From contig OZ252279.1 in the NCBI GenBank assembly GCA_965250005.1, positions 1,590,001 to 1,622,000 on the forward strand: 32,000 nucleotides of DNA, given 5' to 3'. The notes beneath the pieces are model-generated. The model was not told where the DNA came from, did no database searches, and saw only the letters and a list, made by a program, of their open reading frames with translations. The stretch's first letter is position 1, and every line of letters starts with the position of its first letter. The position numbers were made by a program, and so were the translations under genes. Of the stretch, positions 27,952-32,000 are shown in pieces. The stretch is from Demequinaceae bacterium (GTDB taxonomy: Bacteria; Actinomycetota; Actinomycetes; Actinomycetales; Demequinaceae).

Positions 27952-28548
27952 ATGGCCAGGCCCCGCACGTTCTCCGAGGACGTCGTAGTTCGTAGCGCCA
28001 TGCAGGCGTTTTGGCTGAACGGATACGAGGGAACGTCGATCGATGACATCGAGAAGGCGACCGGGCTCAACCGATCGAGCCTGTATCAGGCGTTCGGAAG
28101 CAAGCACCAACTGTACGAGACAGTACTCGAGCGATACGTGAGCACGATCATTTCGCCAGCGCTCGAACTGGCCAGCGCGCCAGGGGCTGGCCTCGATGGC
28201 GCCGTGGCGTTCTTCGACTGGATGAAGCGGATGATCGTCGAGGAGCCGGACCGGGCATCGCTCGGGTGCCTCATGAGTAACGCGATTGCCGAGGTTGGCA
28301 GCGTGGACGCCGACGTTCGGCCCATCGCCGACCGCTTCCTCTTCCGGGTCAAAGAGGCGTTCATCCAGAGTCTCAACGAGGCGGAGCGCGCGGGTCAGAT
28401 GCAGGCTGGCACCGCGACGCAGCGCGCCGAGGTGCTGTCGGCCATCATGCTCGGGGCGTTTGTGACCGTGCGCGGCGCGAGCGACATGTCAGGAGCAGCC
28501 TCGCTACTGGAATCCGCGTCGAACCTTGTGGAGAGCTGGCGACTCTAG
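27952..28548 (+). CDS. TetR family transcriptional regulator
   Basis: HTH AMQAFWLNGYEGTSIDDIEKATGLNRSSLYQAFGSKHQLY. Divergent from the SDR gene. Confidence 0.85.
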   Translation: MARPRTFSEDVVVRSAMQAFWLNGYEGTSIDDIEKATGLNRSSLYQAFGSKHQLYETVLERYVSTIISPALELASAPGAGLDGAVAFFDWMKRMIVEEPDRASLGCLMSNAIAEVGSVDADVRPIADRFLFRVKEAFIQSLNEAERAGQMQAGTATQRAEVLSAIMLGAFVTVRGASDMSGAASLLESASNLVESWRL

Positions 28549-28775
28549 GGCGCCTCGCGCAGGGTCGAGATGGTGGTCCAGCCGCCGCGCTCCATGTCAG
28601 CGACCATCTTGGTGACGACCGCCTGCGCCTCGGCCTCGTCCTCACAGGCCTCGATTTGTTGGCGATTGCTGCGCGGCTGGGCCGAATCGACGTGGTCGAT
28701 CACGATGGTCATGCCGTCGTTCTCGAGGCTGAACGTGCGCGACTGGGTACCGAGCGCGTAGGTGAAGGGGTCCAT
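28545..28775 (-). CDS. Hypothetical small acidic protein (76 aa)
   Basis: ORF only, with no motif recognised. It lies 58 bp downstream of the 217-aa membrane protein gene on the same strand. Confidence 0.3.
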   Translation of the reverse strand: MDPFTYALGTQSRTFSLENDGMTIVIDHVDSAQPRSNRQQIEACEDEAEAQAVVTKMVADMERGGWTTISTLREAP

Positions 28776-28833
28776 GTCTCAAGTATCGCGCACGGCGCCG
28801 ACACTCTCGCCGTCAACGAGCGCGGCGCGTTTG

Positions 28834-29487
28834 CTACGGCGTCCGGTGCAGCGGCGTGGTGCCGTGCGGGTGGCCCCGCAAGACGGCGACCGTCACCGCG
28901 ATGATGAGGAAGAGCGCAACGCCGCTGGGGATGTGAGCAAATGCCGCCGTCCCCGCGAACACGCCGCCGAACCCCAGGAGGGCGAGTGAGCTAGCCGCTC
29001 GGCCGCTCAGGTTGAAGTCGCGCCACCACGACACGGCATGCACGACGATCGAAAGGAGGAGGACCGCAAACCCGAAGAGTTCGACGCCGTAGCCCATGTT
29101 CGCGCCAGCGCTTCCGTCCGCGAGTGCATATTCGCCTAGGCCACCAAGCGCGACGCCCGCGAATCCGCTTGTTGTGGTCCACCACGCTGCGTGCGTCCAG
29201 CGCCCGCCTGGGGACATCTTCCGCACGAGCGCGGCAAGCAGCAGGGCGAGGATTATAAGAGCGGCGCTCCATGCGACTCCATGTGCCGCGTACGCGTCCT
29301 CGGGAGTCGAGCCAGAGAACGGCGTGGGCCAGTCGGTGGCGGCGAGCCACTGGGGCGCAATTTCTCCGTTGTCCGAGCCGTACGACGAGAAGAAGGAGGC
29401 TGCAAACGGGGCGGTGATCGCGACGCACACCGCCGCACTGCCCGCGATACCGATGCGGGCTGCCTTCACCCAAAGAGGGATCACCAT
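28834..29487 (-). CDS. Hypothetical integral membrane protein (about 6 TM)
   Basis: ORF with multiple hydrophobic helices and Trp-rich loops. No recognisable family. Confidence 0.4.
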   Translation of the reverse strand: MVIPLWVKAARIGIAGSAAVCVAITAPFAASFFSSYGSDNGEIAPQWLAATDWPTPFSGSTPEDAYAAHGVAWSAALIILALLLAALVRKMSPGGRWTHAAWWTTTSGFAGVALGGLGEYALADGSAGANMGYGVELFGFAVLLLSIVVHAVSWWRDFNLSGRAASSLALLGFGGVFAGTAAFAHIPSGVALFLIIAVTVAVLRGHPHGTTPLHRTP

Positions 29488-29646
29488 AATTGGATCGTAC
29501 CTCGCGATGGCGTTTCTCGATGGGAGAGTACGACCGACTTGTGCGCATCGTGTGGAGTGTGTCTCACTAGGCTGTTGGCTTCGGCATTTCCGCTACGGTG
29601 ACACCACGAGCCGCGCGGAATTCTGGTGCGACGCAAGGGAGATCGT

Positions 29647-30240
29647 ATGAGGGTGTATCTGACCTATTTGTTTTTCGGCGTGTTGTTCGTGGCCGTGCAG
29701 ACCTTCTGGGTCGCCGTCATCTGGAACGGTGACGTGCTGAAATTCCTGCTCGAACTAGTGATCGCCGACGTGCTCTTCGTCTCCGCCACCTACGGGATTG
29801 CGCGACTGTACGCGAGGTTCGTGTTCGCCGAAGTGCTGCTCTACCTGACAGCAGGAATCATTGGCCTCGTGCTGATCGAGTGGGTGCTGGTTGGCAGCGT
29901 GCCAGCGGCCACGGAGGCGAATCAGTTCGTGATGTTCACTACCTGGGCGGGCGCGGCCACGTTTGCGCGCATGGTGACCGACCGGTCCGCGCCAGTGGCG
30001 GGGATCCGGCGGTTCGGACGCATCTACTTCTACGTCTACGCGGGGATCGTCACCATCACCGGACTAGTGCTGCTCGCGGTGGGCTCGCCGCTGAGTTTCG
30101 ATGTGACCTACATCGGAGCGAACGTGGGTTACCCGCTCATGGTGCCGGTGTTCATCGCGTTCATGGTTGCGGGCACTCGTGCGCGCCTGCGCGAGTTGCG
30201 GCCAACTCCCGAGCCTGAGACGGTTAACGTGGGGGCCTGA
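29647..30240 (+). CDS. Hypothetical integral membrane protein (about 6 TM)
   Basis: ATG 29647 preceded by AAGGGAG. Hydrophobic throughout (MRVYLTYLFFGVLFVAVQTFWVAVIW...). No recognisable family. Confidence 0.45.
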   Translation: MRVYLTYLFFGVLFVAVQTFWVAVIWNGDVLKFLLELVIADVLFVSATYGIARLYARFVFAEVLLYLTAGIIGLVLIEWVLVGSVPAATEANQFVMFTTWAGAATFARMVTDRSAPVAGIRRFGRIYFYVYAGIVTITGLVLLAVGSPLSFDVTYIGANVGYPLMVPVFIAFMVAGTRARLRELRPTPEPETVNVGA

Positions 30241-30269
30241 ACAGGCGCCATGTCGCAGGCGCCGCGGCG

Positions 30270-30875
30270 CTAGTCGGGCGTGACGACGCGCCAGCGGGTG
30301 AGTCGGAACAACACGGCGCCGATCGCCGTGCCGACCAGCAACATGCTGGCCACAATTACGCCGATGCTCGCGTAGCCAGTCTCTGGCTCAAGGAACGGGT
30401 ACGGCGCCCAGCCGTCGGTCGCGCCGCGGATCAGCACCACGGTGATCCACAACACCGGATACAGAAGTACCACCCACACATGCCTGATTGGGTGCTCCTT
30501 CTTTGGCCCCTCGAGAAGCCAATCGGCAAGCAGGAGTGCGCACGCTCCGCCGTGCATGATCGCGGTAGACCAGATCACGGGGTCGCCGTCCTCGAAGCCT
30601 CCCAGCAGCAGCCAGTAGACCGCTGTCACCACCACCAAATACGTTGCGACGCTCGCGCGGGCATATTCGATCCAGACGGGTCGCGTTTGGCCAGTGCGGG
30701 GGAGCGCGATCAGCAGCACTACGATCGCGAGGATGTTGCTCTGCTGGGAGAAATACCCGTAGGTGTCGAAGAATGCGAAGTAGCCCAGAGTCACGTGCTT
30801 GTACGCGTTTCCGATGAGGGCCGCGAAGATGAGCATGGCGCTGACAATGCGCCAAGTACGTGCGATGGTGAGCAT
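30270..30875 (-). CDS. Pr6Pr-like (FAR-17a/AIG1-like) membrane protein (tentative)
   Basis: Six TM helices and the YFSQQSN motif characteristic of the Pr6Pr family (YFT.QSN). Confidence 0.45.
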   Translation of the reverse strand: MLTIARTWRIVSAMLIFAALIGNAYKHVTLGYFAFFDTYGYFSQQSNILAIVVLLIALPRTGQTRPVWIEYARASVATYLVVVTAVYWLLLGGFEDGDPVIWSTAIMHGGACALLLADWLLEGPKKEHPIRHVWVVLLYPVLWITVVLIRGATDGWAPYPFLEPETGYASIGVIVASMLLVGTAIGAVLFRLTRWRVVTPD

Positions 30876-30896
30876 ATAGGCGATCTTACGGGCGCG

Positions 30897-31745
30897 CTAC
30901 ATCTCCTCGTGTGTGTTCGGGTCGCCCCCAAACAGGCGGCCGTCGGCCCGCGTGAGGGCGGAGATCGCGACCACCTCCGCGTCGGACAGTTCGAAGCCGA
31001 AGACGTCGAGGTTCTCTTGCTGACGCTCGGGGGTCGCGGACTTGGGCAGCGGTACCGCACCAATCTGGACCTGCCAGCGGAGAATCACCTGCGCGGGCGT
31101 CACGCCGTGGGCGGTCGCAGGGTTGGCGATAGTGGGCTCGGCGTAGGGGGCATTGTGCTTGCCCAGCGGGCTCCATGATTGGGTGACGATGCCCAGGCGC
31201 GCATGCTCCGCGCGTAGGTCGGCCTGCGGGAAGTGCGGGTGTAATTCAACCTGATTCACGGCCGGCGTCACGCCGGTGTCCTCAATGATGTGGGCGAGGT
31301 GCTCGGCCGTGAAGTTGCTGACGCCGATGCTCCGGGCGACGCCCCGCTTCTGCAGTTCGACGAGCGCGCGCCATGCGTCGCGGTACTTTCCGGTGATGGG
31401 GTTGGGCCAGTGGATGAGAAGCATGTCGATGCGGTCCAGGCCGAGCAGCTCGAGCGAAGATTGGCCCGCCTGGAGCGCGAGCTCGTAGTCGTGATGACGG
31501 CCAGGGATTTTGGTTTGCACGGTGAGTTCGTCGCGCGCGATGCCGGAGTCCTTGAGGAAGTCCGACGCCGCGTGCCCCACCTCGGCCTCGTTCTGGTAGT
31601 TCACCGCGGAGTCGAGCAGGCGGTAGCCATTGTCTAGTGCCGCGCGCATGGCGACCAAGCCGCGATCACCCCGGAGCGGGTACGTGCCAAAGCCGATCGC
31701 GGGAATCGAGTGGCCGTCGTTGAGCGTGAACTGGGGCGTCGTCAT
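30897..31745 (-). CDS. Aldo/keto reductase, 2,5-diketo-D-gluconate reductase (DkgA)-like
   Basis: LNDGHSIPAIGFGTY, LDSAVNYQNE, LLIHWP, IGVSNF, NQVELHP, SWSPLG. Confidence 0.9.
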   Translation of the reverse strand: MTTPQFTLNDGHSIPAIGFGTYPLRGDRGLVAMRAALDNGYRLLDSAVNYQNEAEVGHAASDFLKDSGIARDELTVQTKIPGRHHDYELALQAGQSSLELLGLDRIDMLLIHWPNPITGKYRDAWRALVELQKRGVARSIGVSNFTAEHLAHIIEDTGVTPAVNQVELHPHFPQADLRAEHARLGIVTQSWSPLGKHNAPYAEPTIANPATAHGVTPAQVILRWQVQIGAVPLPKSATPERQQENLDVFGFELSDAEVVAISALTRADGRLFGGDPNTHEEM

Positions 31746-31767
31746 GCGGCTAGCCTACGGCGCGGCG

Positions 31768-32000
31768 TCAGGCGAAGCTGAATGCGGGTGGGACCACTAC
31801 AACGACGATCAAGACCCACGCCGTGTAGACCCAAACCATTCGCGTCTGCCACGTGTCGAGTGTGGCGAACGGCGTGTTGAGGTGGAGCATGACGTGGCCG
31901 ATCCACGACGTCCAGAAGAAGTTTGCGAACACGATGACTGCCATGCCCAAGACCACGATCCGGTTGGGCGTGAAGCCCCACTGGGCGATGCGGGCGAGGG
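31768..32000 (-). CDS. Hypothetical membrane protein, C-terminal part (the ORF stays open to the window edge)
   Basis: The frame is open from 32000 down to the stop at 31768. Hydrophobic segments VVLGMAVIVFANFFW and MVWVYTAWVLIVVVVV. The 5' end lies outside the window. Confidence 0.3.
   Translation of the reverse strand, partial: LARIAQWGFTPNRIVVLGMAVIVFANFFWTSWIGHVMLHLNTPFATLDTWQTRMVWVYTAWVLIVVVVVPPAFSFA

Noticed and set aside
30241-30269. GGCGCC-N8-GGCGCC hairpin as a bidirectional terminator between convergent membrane-protein genes
   Set aside because: It is a 6-bp self-complementary stem only, with no U-tract on either strand, which is too weak to call.

Overview
This is a high-GC, densely coding chromosomal segment of Actinomycetota type. 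I found no transposase, integrase, CRISPR array or recognisable phage or defence gene.

Left end: a minus-strand four-gene module made of a minimal NarL-type histidine kinase, a LuxR-type response regulator, a MacB/LolD-type ABC ATPase and an FtsX-type permease that runs off the window. It is followed by a secreted NlpC/P60 hydrolase and a lipoprotein serpin.

Centre-left: the purine block purL / SCP-like / membrane protein with a (KKPAA)11 tail / purF / purM. After it come DUF3073, bldC, ogt, an EamA transporter, a holin-X-like membrane protein, and a tRNA-Glu/Asp/Phe cluster with its own promoter and terminator.

Centre-right: a zincin-like peptidase, an aldo/keto reductase, a UraA-like NCS2 permease, a decayed galE fragment, a beta-carbonic anhydrase, a YkvA-like protein and a flavodoxin-like reductase. 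These are followed by an acidic lipoprotein preceded by a (GCCACA)n microsatellite, a GyrI-like protein, and an MMPL transporter with a divergent TetR.

Right end: an LtrA-like protein, then an SPFH/Band-7 plus NAD-kinase-fold two-gene operon, which is my best candidate for an uncharacterised system. After it come an SDR/TetR pair, a cluster of uncharacterised membrane proteins, a Pr6Pr-like protein and a DkgA-like reductase.

All functional calls come from motif recognition by eye on the supplied translations and on my own translations. No database search was possible.
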